A stretch of DNA of 64,000 bases from Callorhinchus milii. Taxonomy: Eukaryota. Location: positions 99,884,001 through 99,948,000 of the forward strand of contig NW_024704743.1 of NCBI RefSeq assembly GCF_018977255.1, in the 5' to 3' direction. Positions 36,072-48,650 of the stretch are shown piece by piece; position 1 is the first letter of the stretch, and each line of letters begins with the position of its first letter. Made by a program: the position numbers and the translations under genes. The notes below the pieces were generated by a model. It was not told the origin of the DNA and made no database searches. It saw only the letters and a list, made by a program, of their open reading frames with translations.

Positions 36072-37381
36072 GTAAGATCTGTGCTTTTGTACTGAGATTG
36101 GAGTATTTTTAAGTCCTTTTATTGTTGATTATTAGTCCACTGTTAATTTTACAGCGATAGTCTCAGTACTGGGATAATGAATTTGGTTGGGGATGGGGTG
36201 AAGCTAATCTTAATCTGTTAACTCAACGCTACACAGATTCTAAAATGATGTTCCTATTATTAACAGTGGTCACTGCACATGTTAGTAACACAATGCTGAC
36301 TGGGAAATTTTGTTTCAATAGATCTGAATGTTGGCTGGTCTATAGTAAATCTGTGCAGACAAGATTTGTCATAACATGGCAAATTCAAAATAACAAATTC
36401 CTTCAAAATCATCATGTTCTTGTTTTTGGGTGTTCAGAAGTTTGGTTTAATGATGCATTTCATGAAAAAAAAACGAAATCTTGCACCTCAAGGTAATGAC
36501 CACTTTATTGCTTCTGTAATCTAAGATAGACTCAGTTTTCGCACCCTATTTTGGCATAAAGGAATTTGGAATATCTCCTCAGAAGGTTCAACTGAACCAG
36601 AATTCTGATATGGGTCTGGACATCCATTACTGCATCTTTGCCAACTTCAGTATTGATTTTAGTTAATTTTAAGACCATATTCTCACTCAAACTAAACTCG
36701 ACATTCCCATCACCCCAGTCCTCACCAGGCACTGCTCACTCCCTGATTCCCAACGGATCTATTCTAAGGCCATCATCTATAAATCTCTTCATTCCCTAGT
36801 GCCTCTATATGTCTGTTTCTCCTACCCCACTCTTTTGCTTGCTGCCTCTCTGTCTTTCAACGGCACCTTAAAAAAAACTTACTGTGGGATGGCACCTATT
36901 GTCTCCTTTACCCTTGCCCTTGCTCGACTTCGTGATATGCTCCAAGAACTTATCCTATGTGAAGGGTACTATATAAATGCAAGTTGTTGATGATTTGTCC
37001 TGGTCTTCAAATGCTTTGGATTTATTTTTCTGACCTGAAAAGACTGACTTGGTATAAGATGCTACCTCTTTGAAAAATATGGAAGGCAATGAAAAGGAAA
37101 GATTTTGTTTGCAACCTAAGGAAAACTATGTTCTCACGTGACTATTGTTAAGGCTCAAACTTTTGAAGAGCACTCACCTGTTTGTGTTTGGGTGCCCCCC
37201 TATTTAATTGTATAAGGTGAACTATATTCAATTTATGAGGAAAACTACACTTAACGTTACTTCATCTGACAATTAATTGATTATTTTTATCTGTAAGAAG
37301 AACTTGTTTAAATACCAACCTCTAGTAAAGTATTGTTTTTCTTTACACATTTTTGATTTATGTTTTTTCTGTTTTTTTTAG

Positions 37382-37507
37382 CCTGTCACTGTTATAAATG
37401 GTAAGGCTCTTGATCAGGTTCTTGTGGCACAGCTTTGTGATACGTGGGGGAATCCTTCTCCTGAACCACTTATTAAAGTTGTCCTGATAAAGGACTCCGG
37501 CTTAAAG
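37382..37507 (+). CDS. SMCHD1: SMCHD1 exon 30
   Basis: ttttag|CCT...AAG|gtagga; 126 nt; PVTVINGKALDQVLVAQLCDTWGNPSPEPLIKVVLIKDSGLK. Confidence 0.93.
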
Positions 37508-38588
37508 GTAGGATATTTATTGAGAAATGAGTGGTGCTTTTCATATTGGTTACATAAGTGTTTGTAGAAAAGCAGTTTTTAGAATTTTAACAATATACTT
37601 TTATCCCCGAATCAGATGGGCACTTTCTGCTCTAATATGATATTTAATTTCCTCCTGGTGGTATATTTATTATTTATGATTTATTCTATCTTATCTATCA
37701 ATGAAAAACCTAATTTAGGTGACGTAAAATACCTGGGGCATTATCCCTTTGGTAGTTTGCAGAACAGTTATGTGTTCTTCTGCACGTAAAACTGTGATTG
37801 CATTCATTTGCTACATTTACAAGCTGTTATGGGGAAAAAAGCAGAAGAATAGAACATAGGAGGCAGAATTGGCTGACTGGCCTCCTTCTGTGGTATAAAT
37901 TTTTATGTGAATACTTGCCTTCAGTTGCAGAAACATAAAACAACAGCTGGAAGTTCAATACTGAAAGCCAGTTTTTATTTCTGCAGAATAAAAGATTAAC
38001 TAGATCTAAAATTCCATAGTTAAAGTGGAGAGGGGATTGGAAGATCTCAACAGCTACTACCTGCTGGTTACAGAGGATATGGAGATCTGATATTTAGTGT
38101 TCCCTCACCTTGAGGGATCACAATTTTCTCCAACTGGGCTACTTCCAAAGCTTGTTGCCATAGCATTATCACACAGAGACCGCTGATGCAGTTCTACTTC
38201 TGTATGGCGTGATCTAATCAATCCAGCTGAATATTGAACTGTTTAAAGCATACAGCTGAATTTTACTAGATAAATGAGGATGTCTAAAATAAACAGAACA
38301 GGGTTCTAATTCTCATATTCCTTCTATCAGTCAATCTCTAGCATTTCATCTATTAAACTGAGCCAGAATATTTGTCATGTGGTGAAGGATTGTACATTGA
38401 CCTAATTATAGTCAGCTGAAGGTTGTAATTTTTAAGGCTACCGTACAGATTTTGTGAGTCATTCAGACACCCTTGCCAAAGCAAAATTTTGCACCAGGCT
38501 ACTTTGAGAGAATGTGATGAATAGTTCTGTATATTTCAATGAAAAATTAATGCATCTTCTATTTTATAAACCGATTATTTCCCTTCAG

Positions 38589-38668
38589 CTCTTGCCATCG
38601 CCACAACAACAAAAGACTGATGAAAATGGTAGAGTGAACTTTGGCACATTTCAGATCTTTGCAGCAAG
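38589..38668 (+). CDS. SMCHD1: SMCHD1 exon 31
   Basis: cttcag|CTC...AG|gtgagg; 80 nt; LLPSPQQQKTDENGRVNFGTFQIFAA. Confidence 0.93.
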
Positions 38669-38824
38669 GTGAGGTTATTCAGACACTAAAACAACAACTT
38701 GCACTTATATAGCACCCTCCGCGCAGAGTGGCGTCTCAGAGCACTTAAATAATTACTTTGTGTGGTCTTTGATCTTTTTTAACACTGGGAAATATTTTCA
38801 AAACTTCTCTTGATTCAATTATGC

Positions 38825-39655
38825 AATTATCCAACTCTACTTCTCTGTCTCCACCCTTGACTCCAGGACCACTGCTGTGCTGACAGAATGTCTGTCAGAC
38901 ATCAATTCCTGGATGAGAGTTAACTTTCTTCAGTTGAATGTCAACAAGACCGAGGCTCTCCTGATCGGCTCCCATCAGCGCCTCCTCACCTTAGACACTG
39001 ACAGCATCACCGTCCATGGTTGCACACTCCACCTTGCTAAGCCAGTCCGGAACCTTGGGGTCTTGTTTGATCCTCAACTATCCTTTCTACCCCTCATCTG
39101 CGCCATGAACCACTCTACCTTCCCTCACCTCCACAACGTGGCCCGGCTCCACCACTGTCTCACACCGCAGGCCACCGAAACCCTCATAAATGCTTTCATT
39201 TCATCAAGGCTCGACTATGCAAACTTATTGCTTGTCGGCCTCCCCAACTCCTCCCTCTACAGGTTGCAGATCATCCAGAACTCTGCAGCTCGTGTCCTAT
39301 CCCGCACCAGGCTCCGCAAACCTATCACCCCCATCCTTGCCCAACTCCACTGGCTTCCTATCACATAGAGGATACAGTTCAAGATCCTGGTCCTCACCTT
39401 CAAAGCCTTTCACAGTCTTGCTCCCCCCTACCTCTGGGACCTCCTAACCCTCTACCATCCTGCTTGCTCCTTCCGCTCAGTGGTCTCCGGCCTGCTTCAC
39501 GTCCCCCGCCTCGCTCGCCCCACTATTGGCGAGCGGGCCTTCTGTCACTCTCCCCCTACTTTCTGGAACTCCATCCCGCAGTCCCTCCGCCTTGCCCCCT
39601 CCCTTACCACCTTCAAGACCCATCTCAATAGCCTCCTCTTCAACCCTGTTTCACC
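38825..39655 (+). mobile_element. L2-clade LINE fragment
   Basis: [31 protein letters not shown]...FISSRLDYANLLL...LHWLPI. Confidence 0.88.
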
Positions 39656-41444
39656 CCCCACCCGCCATCCACTCTCCCCGACCTACTTTATATATTAGTG
39701 GGGGGTGGGGTGGGAGTATTTGAAAACGATTGGAAGAAATGAGTGATGAGCTTTTCTCCTATCTTCTGAAGTTGTTTTTATCAAACTGCCTGATAATATG
39801 CCGACAGCATTTTAAAAAGTTGTGAGCAATATTTGTTCTACGTACTCTGAAGAGAAAACGTCGATACATATATATTCATGCGCATACAAGGAGTGCTCCT
39901 TTGTGGCCTCTGGCTGCCAATCAACTATTCTCAGTTATTTCATTTCAATAATTAGAAATTGGTGTTACAAAGAAACACCAGGAATTTTATTATTCGTTTC
40001 TAATTTCAATAATGTTATTTTCTCAAAAATATTTTAAGGTCAATTTTTAAAAAAAAACTTAATTGAAGGCTCCCTGCAAAATGAGTGTTTGAAGAACGTT
40101 TTACCATCAATGTTTGTACATATACTATATATAATTTCCCTATGGAGTAAATTATGTTTTTTCATCTAATTTTATGGTGTAAGGTAAGGCTGTGCAAATT
40201 AAATTTAAAATGTTTTCTTAAGCATGGTATTGTGGCTGAAAGTAGTTTTAAATATTGGAATGTTTTGTGCAGTAAAGTAGCTGTATTAAAATGCTAAGAG
40301 CATCTATGTACGATATAAACATTTATTTACATACTACTAAGACAAGCCCAGGTTACTAATTGAAAGAAATGGGAGTGATGCCCTTTTCTCCTGTCTTCCG
40401 AAGATGTTCTTTCCAAAGAAAAAAAATAAACAATTACTCATTGGTTGGGGGAGATTGCTGTGCTGCAAATTGGCTGTCATGTTTGCCTACAAAATGCACA
40501 GTCACACCTGTTTATAGTAAAACTTGTGGAAACCCTTTGAGACATCACGATGTCTTGATAAGGTGCTGTACCAAAAACAAAGATTATTATGTTTTATTGG
40601 CTGATAATATCCCTCCTGTATTTTTTTCCAAGCAGCAGTTGTTTGGTTGTACCCCAAGGCCCAATCCCTTTGGCCCTTTCCTCATTTACATGATCCCTTT
40701 CAGCTATATCATCCGCAGACATATTTGTATGCAGATGATGCCCAAACCTACTTCTCATCTAGGGGTGACTCTTCCACTATGCCCCAAAACTTTGGAACTT
40801 TCTACATCAATGCCTCCTCCTTGTCCCCTCCTTTTTCACATCATGCCTGAAAACCTTCCTCTTCGAACATATTTATAGTCAACTCCACCTTTTTGGCATC
40901 AGGCTCCGCTGCTGTTAAGCACTGCCAAGACGGTACCCTGCGTCAAGGCTATAAAATTGCAAATTGTTGTTCATTTGTGAGTTTCAGTAGTGAGTACTTG
41001 CAGTAATTTAATTGAGGTGGGTATGTGGGTGGGCAAAACATCAGAGCTCTACCTGTGCATGTTCCTTTAGAACATTCTTACTGGCTACTGGATAATGACC
41101 CTGAGAAAGAATTTGAGATGAGTTGAATTCCTGGTGTGGATGACTCCATACCACATCAGGCACTGCATAAACCTCCAATTTTGGTATCAGCCTGAATACA
41201 CAAAGCAGACAAGTTAATTGTTGATTAAATGCAGTTCCCAATTGATCAAGATCTGTTCTTCGAGGAGTTCTGGTTTCAGATCACTCTGGCCATAATTGGG
41301 AAATTGGGTATAGGTTATACTATGCAGGCAACTCACCATCTTTGTGATTGTAAATGCAAGAGTGTTAATGAGATTGCAACTACTACAACAACAATTTGCA
41401 TTAATATAGCATCCTTCATCCAGGGTAGGTCTCGAAGTGCTTAA

Positions 41445-44400
41445 TTTAAATCGGGCTGGGACAAATGTCCTAGCTAAACAAATTAATAGGAGGTAAATAG
41501 GAATTTAAACTAGTAAAGGGGGGGGAATATATAGGTAAGAGAAACCATAAGTTAGCATTAGAAAAAGGAAAGATGACAGTGCAGAATAGCATGCCAGATA
41601 ATATGTTAACTAGGGGTAAGAAGCTTGGCAAAGCAAATAAAGAATCAGAGAGTAGAGGAAATGGTAGGAAATTAAAAATGTTATATCTGAATGCGCGAAG
41701 CATTCGGAATAAAACTGATGAATTAAAAGCACAGATAGACACATATGGGTATGATCTAATAGCCATCACTGAAGCATGGTTACAAGGAGATCTGGGGTGG
41801 GAGTCAAAGGTTCAGGGTTCTCAGTTTACAGGAAAGATAAGCACTGTGGGAAACGAGGTGGGGGGGTAGCCCTGTTAATTAGGGATGAAATAAAAGCAGT
41901 GGAGAGGAAGGATCTGAAATCCGATGACCAGGAGGTAGAGACAATATGGATGGAAATAAAAATACTAAGGGGTAGAAAATACTAATGGGAGTGGTTTATA
42001 GACCCCCAAACAGTGATCACAATATAGCACAAGGTATTAATCAGGAAATCAGTGGAGCATGTAGGAAAGGTAAACCGATAATAGTGGGTGATTTCAATCT
42101 CCACATAGATTGGGAAAACCAAATCGGCAAAAGTAGGTTAGAAGAAGAGTTCATTGGATGTATGAGACATAAATTTCTAGAGCAGCATGCCGAGGAACCA
42201 ACTAGGGGACAGGCCATCCTAGACCCTGAAAACAGGGCTAGTCGGCAGTGTAGGTATTAAGATTCCTCTAGGGCAGAGCGATCACAATATGATTGAATTC
42301 TGCATTAAGTTAGAGAGGGATATAGTTAAATCCGAGGCAAGTATTCTGAATTTAAATAAGGCCAATTTTGTAGGTATGAGGAAAGATTTAGGTAAAATAG
42401 ATTGGAGAATAAGATTAAGAGGTAAGAATGTAGACCAACAGTGGCAAATATTTAAGGATGTAGTGCATAATTCTCAGCGGTCGCATATTTCCTTGCGGAA
42501 TAAGAGTACCGCAGGGAAAGCAAGTCATCCGTGGCTAACTAGAGCAGTTAGGGAAAGCATCAAATTAAAAGAAAAAGCTTATAAAACTGCCAAGAAAAGC
42601 AGCAAATCTGAAGATTGGGAGAGTTTTAGAAACCAGCAAAATAAAACTAAAAAAGTCATTAAGAGCGAGAAAAAGGAGTATGAGGGTAAGCTAGCTAGGA
42701 ACATTAAGTCAGATTGTAAACGTTTTTACAAATACATTAAGAGGAATAGGCTAGTGAGGGTAAATGTAAGTCCACTTCAGTCAGAGATGGGAGAAGTTGT
42801 AATGGGGGATAAGGACATCGCAGAGTCCCTAAATGGGTACTTTGCATCTGTCTTCACCCTAGAAGACCCAACAAGTCTGCCATCAATAGAGATGGACCAA
42901 GAGAATAAGGACAGGGAGCAACTCTAGGGAAATTTTCATTAGTAGAGAATTGGTGCTAGGGAAACTGTTAGCACTAAAAAGTGACAAATCCCCTGGTCCG
43001 GATGGCTTGCATCCCAGGGTTTTAAAAGAGGAGCTTATGAGATAGTGGAGGCGTTATGTCTGATCTTCCAAAATTCCTTGGATTCTGGAAGAGTCCCCAT
43101 GGATTGGAAGATCGCAAATGTCACACCACTATTTAAAAAAAGGTGTAAAGGAAAAGATGGGGAGTTATTGGCCAGTTAGTCTAACATCAGTGATTGGAAA
43201 AATTTTAGAATCATTGATTAAGGATGTGATAGTTCGGTATTTAGAGGAGCACAATATAATTAGGCCAAGTCAGCATGGCTTTACAAAAGGGAAGTCATGT
43301 GTGACAAATCTCATAGAATTTTTTGAGGATATTTCGAGTAAACTAGATAAGGGTGAATCAGTGGATGCGGTCTATTTGGACTTCCAGAAGGCATTCGATA
43401 AGGTGCCGCATAAAAGGTTAGTCCAAAGGATAGAGGCCCATGGAATTGGGGGGAGCATATTAACGTGGATTGGGGAATGGTTAACAGGTAGGAAACAAAG
43501 AATAGGGATAAACTGGTCCTTTTCTGGTTGGCGGGATGTGACTAGTGGAGCGCCACAAGTATCAGTCCTTGGGCCTCAGCTATTTACCATCTACATCAAC
43601 GATCTAGATGAGGACATCGAAGTTAATATATCTAAATTTGCGGATGACACAAAACTAGGAGGAAGTGTCAACACAGAGGATGACATTAAAAAAATGCAGC
43701 GTGACATAGATAGGTTAGGTGATTGAGCAGGTAGGTGGCAGATGAAGTATAACGTAGGGAAGTGCGAAGTCATCCACCTAGGTAGCAAAAACAGTAGAGC
43801 GGGTTATTTTTTAGAAGGGGAGAGACTGGAATGTGTTAGCGTCCAGAGGGACTTGGGTGTCCTTGTATACCAATCACAGAAAGTTAGTCTGCAGGTGCAG
43901 CAGCAATTAGGAAGGCGAACGGTATGTTAGCATTCATTATGAAAGGATTAGAGTATAAGAGTAGGGAAGTCTTGCTGCAACTGTATAGGGCCCCGGTGAG
44001 ACCACACCTGGAATACTGTGTGCAGTTTTGGTCTCCTTATTTAAGGAAGGATGTTCTTGCCTTGGAGGGGGTGCAGCATAGATTTACTAGGTTAGTACCA
44101 GGGATGAAGGGGTTGAGTTACGAGGATAGGCTGACCAATTTGGGCCTATATTCTCTCGAATATAGAAGAATTAGAGGGGATCTTACAGAAAGCTATAAGC
44201 TCATCAAAGGGCATGATAGAGTAGATAGTGGGAGATTGTTTCCCCTGGTTGGAGAAACTAAAACCAGGGGTCACAACCTTAAAATCAGAGGCCAGCCCTT
44301 TCGCACTGAGTTGAGAAAGAACTTCTTCACTCAAATGTATGGAACTCGTTACCCCAAAGGGCTGTTGACGCTCAGTCCTTGAACATATTCAAGACTGAGA

Positions 44401-44550
44401 TAGATATATTTCTTATTGCAAAAGGGATTAAGGGATATAGTGCAGGGTTATGTTATTAACTGGAGTTAGATTAAAATCAGCCATGATTGAATGGCGGGGC
44501 AGAGGCTCGAAGGGCCGAATGGCCTACTCCTGCTCCTACATGTTATGTTA
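41445..44550 (+). mobile_element. CR1 LINE, ~3.1 kb: end of ORF1, decayed ORF2 (APE endonuclease and RT) and 3' UTR, nested in an older minus L2 remnant
   Basis: LNRAGTNVLA (ORF1 esterase-like end); LYLNARSIRNK, GVVYRPPN, IVGDFN (endonuclease); [23 protein letters not shown] (RT); several stops and frameshifts; tail gccgaatggcctactcctgctcctacatgttatgtta. Confidence 0.93.
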
Positions 44551-45472
44551 ACATTGGCAAAGCTGGACACCAAACTAGAAAGAGGGGAAGTAACCATAGG
44601 CATGGTCAAAGAGGAAGGTCTTCAGATGTAATCTAAAGGTGGAGTGAGGGGGATGAGGGATGTGTAGAAGGTCGTAGCCAACTGAGCGACGAGGATGGTT
44701 GGTGGAGTGGGTTCTAAACTGGTCGGAGAGGAAGGGAGGTGCTCGCGCATGTTAATTTTTTATGTTAATTAGGTTTCCAGTACTTTTAAGGCAGTGCATT
44801 ATTATTTTAAATAATATTGATAATCATCCTTGGCTGTGTGCGTGTAATCATGTGTTTAAAGTAAAATGGTTTGACAATAAAACATGTTACTTCTGCAAAA
44901 CAAATCATGGTGCCCATTAAGACAGGAGAGAAGGGCATGGAATAATATGACAGAACCTTGAAGGGGTTTTTCTCTTGCAATTTTCTTTTTTGTAACCTGG
45001 TCCTATTTTAATGGAATGTAGAGGATGCTTTCAATGTAAAGAATGAAGGTTGCCCTATCAGGTAGTTAGTCTGCTTTCTGTTGTAAGTAATGTTAATATA
45101 TATGACTTTACAAAGTGCAGAACAAGAAGTTACATACAGGGTGATGCAATAAAAGGTAGCCTTTTTAGTTCCAGGATTAGAATGTAATTTTAAATGAATT
45201 AAGTCTTTTTTAGATGAATGTGAATAAGTCTTGATCTATGAAACAAAATTAAGTTTAACAAACCTTTCTACACCCTCTGATTGCTTTAAAACCACCTTTT
45301 TTATGCTAACATCAGTAAAATTAGTTGGATTTGCCAAAAAGGTAATATTAATTTAGGTTCTCGCAGAGTGAAGAAAACATGAATTACATTAGTTGGTTAC
45401 TTCCAGTATTTCAGTCTATGTGTTGTAGTGCAGAAGTACAATCCAAAACTAGATGCTCCCTACTGACCCAAG

Positions 45473-45585
45473 TAATAATAATAATGCTTGCATTTGATAT
45501 AGCGCCTTATCATACGTTTGAGATGCCTCAAAGTGCTTTACAGAATATACTGTAAAATGAATTGACTATTTTGTGGGCAAAACAT
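45473..45585 (-). mobile_element. Degraded SINE 3' fragment
   Basis: taataataataatgcttgcatttgatatagcgcc...ttgtgggcaaaac. Confidence 0.75.
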
Positions 45586-46814
45586 AAATAAAAGTACGTA
45601 AAGGGCCTTATTGTAACACTGAGCCATCCTATTTTATCTTGGGAACAATGTTTTTTAACAGTTGGGATGCTATATTTCATTTTAGCACCCAAGGACTAGT
45701 TGGGGGTAAAATGGCCAGATTTTCTATTCTTGATCTCACTACAATGATGCTCTGGTAGAAATTGACATGTGGATGTTGAATGAAAGAATCTAATGCCCTC
45801 CAATTGAATAGCCAAGTAATCAATTCTCTGTCTATTCATTTGCTTGCATCTGAAAACTGTCCACTTGGGTGAGTCCCTGAAGGTTACTTTAGCCCTAAAA
45901 GAGTCTTACAACTTTAGCCCTAGAAGAGTAAAATGGCACAAAAATGTTGGGAGTTTTCACCTCGCATAAACAAAACTGATTTTGAGTGGCTACAACAAGT
46001 GTTCCTTCCATGAAACCGATTTTTCTTTTCACTTTAGAACACATATGTTCCCCACATTGATTGGGGCCCTAATTCAAAGCCACAGCTGGACAGCATTATA
46101 TTGGTGCTGTACCAGTTTAATTTGTGTTAGTTTTATGGGAATTTGATTCCCAGTAAAGGAGCAGATTGGTGTAATTCCTACACTGCTGTAACATAGTAAG
46201 ATAGCAATGTCTCCCCCCACCCCCCCAAAGAAACTCGTCTGTTTAATGGTCAACCATGAAGTTGCAAAAAAAAGACGCAAAGGTTGTGATGTGTGTAAAG
46301 AAAATAACATGGTTATCTATTTTTAATATGGAGAAATATGGAGAAACCAAAGTATATTGGGTTCAATGCAAAAATACTGTATTGAGAGGCTTCAGTTAAT
46401 ACGTTTATTGCATGGTCAACACTTTGTAATAATTGGGGGATGTAGCTACTTTAAATGATCATGAAGATTACAATTTTATAAAACCATATAAATTTACAAT
46501 GCAATAGAAAGCCCTTTGACCAGAAATGAGGAACAAGCACCAAAATTCTACCTATTCTAATCCAAGTTCCTTGTTCTTTCCCATTTCTTCCAATACCTTT
46601 CCTCTGCATGTGTTATTTAATTAACTTTTAACTCTCCAGATCAACTCTGCTTACATTTCTTATTTTACTGTTATTTTAGGAAGGAATATATTCTGGATGC
46701 CCTTCAAACCATACATTCTGGGTTGTCATTCACTCTGCTTTCTCTCACCTCCCCAACATTGCTTGCTTCCACCACAATTACTCCCACCCTCCCCAATGCT
46801 AATAAGACTCTAAT

Positions 46815-47245
46815 CCAGAGTCAGTTGGTAGCACTTTTGGCGCTGAGCCAGAAGGTTTTGGATTCAAGGCCCACGTCGTGACTTAAAACTCGTATTGTCT
46901 AAGTTGACACTCCGGTTCAGTGCTGCAGATAGACTGCGTTGTTGGAAGTGCTGTCCTTCAGATGAGATGTTAAACCTGTCTGCTTGTTCAGTTGGACGTT
47001 AAAGATCTCATGGCACTATTCGAAAAGAGAAGTGAATTTCTCGCAGGGCTTTGGCCAACAATCCACAAAAAAATTGTTCATTAACTTCATGGCTGTTTTT
47101 TGTAGAATATTGGCTGCCGCATTCGCCCACAAAACACACAGTCACTGTGCTTTACAGTATATCCTGTGAAGTGCTTTGGGACGTCCTCCTGACTGAAAGG
47201 CATTATACCAAATATGAGAGTGATTGCTATTATTGTTGATAATAA
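46815..47245 (+). mobile_element. Older Deu-domain SINE (SacSINE1/AmnSINE1-like superfamily)
   Basis: Head ggtagcact...gaagg...ttcaag; central gtgctgtccttcagatgagatgttaaacc...aaagatctcatggcactattcgaa resembles the Deu domain as recalled; 3' tail shared with the young SINE. Confidence 0.75.
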
Positions 47246-48419
47246 TAATAATCCATGGTTTCAGGACATCTAGGGTCAATTCTTTCAAGAGCTGCAGACC
47301 ACCTAGAGCTCTTTTGCCTGTCTCATCTCAAACATTAAACTCCATGAACCCATTACCTCCATCCTCACTTGGCTCCACTGGTGTCTTTTTGAAAAAAAAA
47401 ACTGCTTTTCAAATTTTACAAAAATCAGTCAGGACATTCACTGCTGATCATTTGTTCTGTGTTACTCCTAAAAACATGTACTTCTAACAATCCTTGCATT
47501 TGTGGATATAGGGTGAGAATAAGATTGGACATGAGTGTCAGGTCGTGAGCTAACATTCACTGTAGCCACAGTTGTGAAGAATAATTGACTGAAAACGTTA
47601 TTAGCTTTCTTGGAAATGTGCCTTAGCCAGAATCAGCATCTTCAGGAGGCAATTATCGAACAAAAATTCAACAAGTTGGCAAAAAAAACTTCATTAGTGG
47701 GTAGCTATTAAGATGATAAAATTGTACAGGGTCCAACCTTACCATACCAAGAAAATCAAGGCTATATTATCAGGTTTGTGACCAGAAATTTGGAGAAGTA
47801 AAGGTGAGTGAGAGACTGGGAAAGGGTTAAGGAAATTTGAAGGATCTGATGGAAGTTATGAAAAATGAAGGTACTCTTAAATAAAGTAATTTGAGAATAT
47901 TTAACTTTATTATTGGGAAAGATGCTTACTAGAAAACTGTTTTTAATTAAGTGCCTTACTGAAATAGAACTGAGGTCAGGAAGCATTATTTTACACACTA
48001 TTGTGAAGATATGAAATATCGTGCCCCAGAAAGCTGTAATGGCAATTACTAAGGATGTTTAAAAGACAGATGGACAGATACCTAGATAGTAGAGGTGTTT
48101 GTGGCTATGATAAAATGCCAGAGATTGGGAATAAGAAATCTACTAAAATCTCAGAAATCAGTGAAAGACTTGATGAGTAGATTGACCTCCTCCTTATCTA
48201 GAAGATGCTCATTGTTGGAAGTGCCAATTGAGCAGGGTTTGGAATCTGCTTCCCCAATGATAACAGACCCAGTAACATGAGGTCAAGTCTAAGGGAAAGT
48301 GAATCCTACTGTTTGTTGGTGGCTTTCAGGGACTCTTATCAGAAGGGTTTGAGCTGAGAAAACAGTATAGAATATGTGCAGTACTGTGACTGTTTGTGGC
48401 GAATGCTAACAAAACATTG

Positions 48420-48650
48420 ACCAAAGATTCTAGGACGGTTGTTCAGATCTGGAATGCATTGCCTGAAAGGGTGGTGAAAGCTGATTCGATAACAACTTTT
48501 AAGAGAGAAGATAATTATTTGGGGAGGTTAAATTTGCAGGATTACGGGGAGAGCGCGGAGGAGTGGGATTGAATTGGATAGCTCTTTTCAAAGAGGCGGC
48601 ACAAACACGATGGGCTGAATGACCTCCTTCTGTGCTGTTCAATTCTATGA
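48420..48650 (+). mobile_element. CR1 3'-end fragment
   Basis: tggaatgcattgcctgaaagggtggtgaaagc...gggctgaatgacctccttctgtgctg...ttctatga. Confidence 0.8.

Noticed and set aside
41445..44550. Autonomous or domesticated CR1
   Set aside because: ORF2 is split into many frames with stops and an apparent deletion in the endonuclease region; only the last codons of ORF1 are present.
45615..45890. Possible ancient SINE-like remnants (also ~38040-38240, 47500-47650, 59240-59340, 60050-60340)
   Set aside because: Only faint mutual resemblance by eye; I cannot support boundaries or a family name without a profile search.
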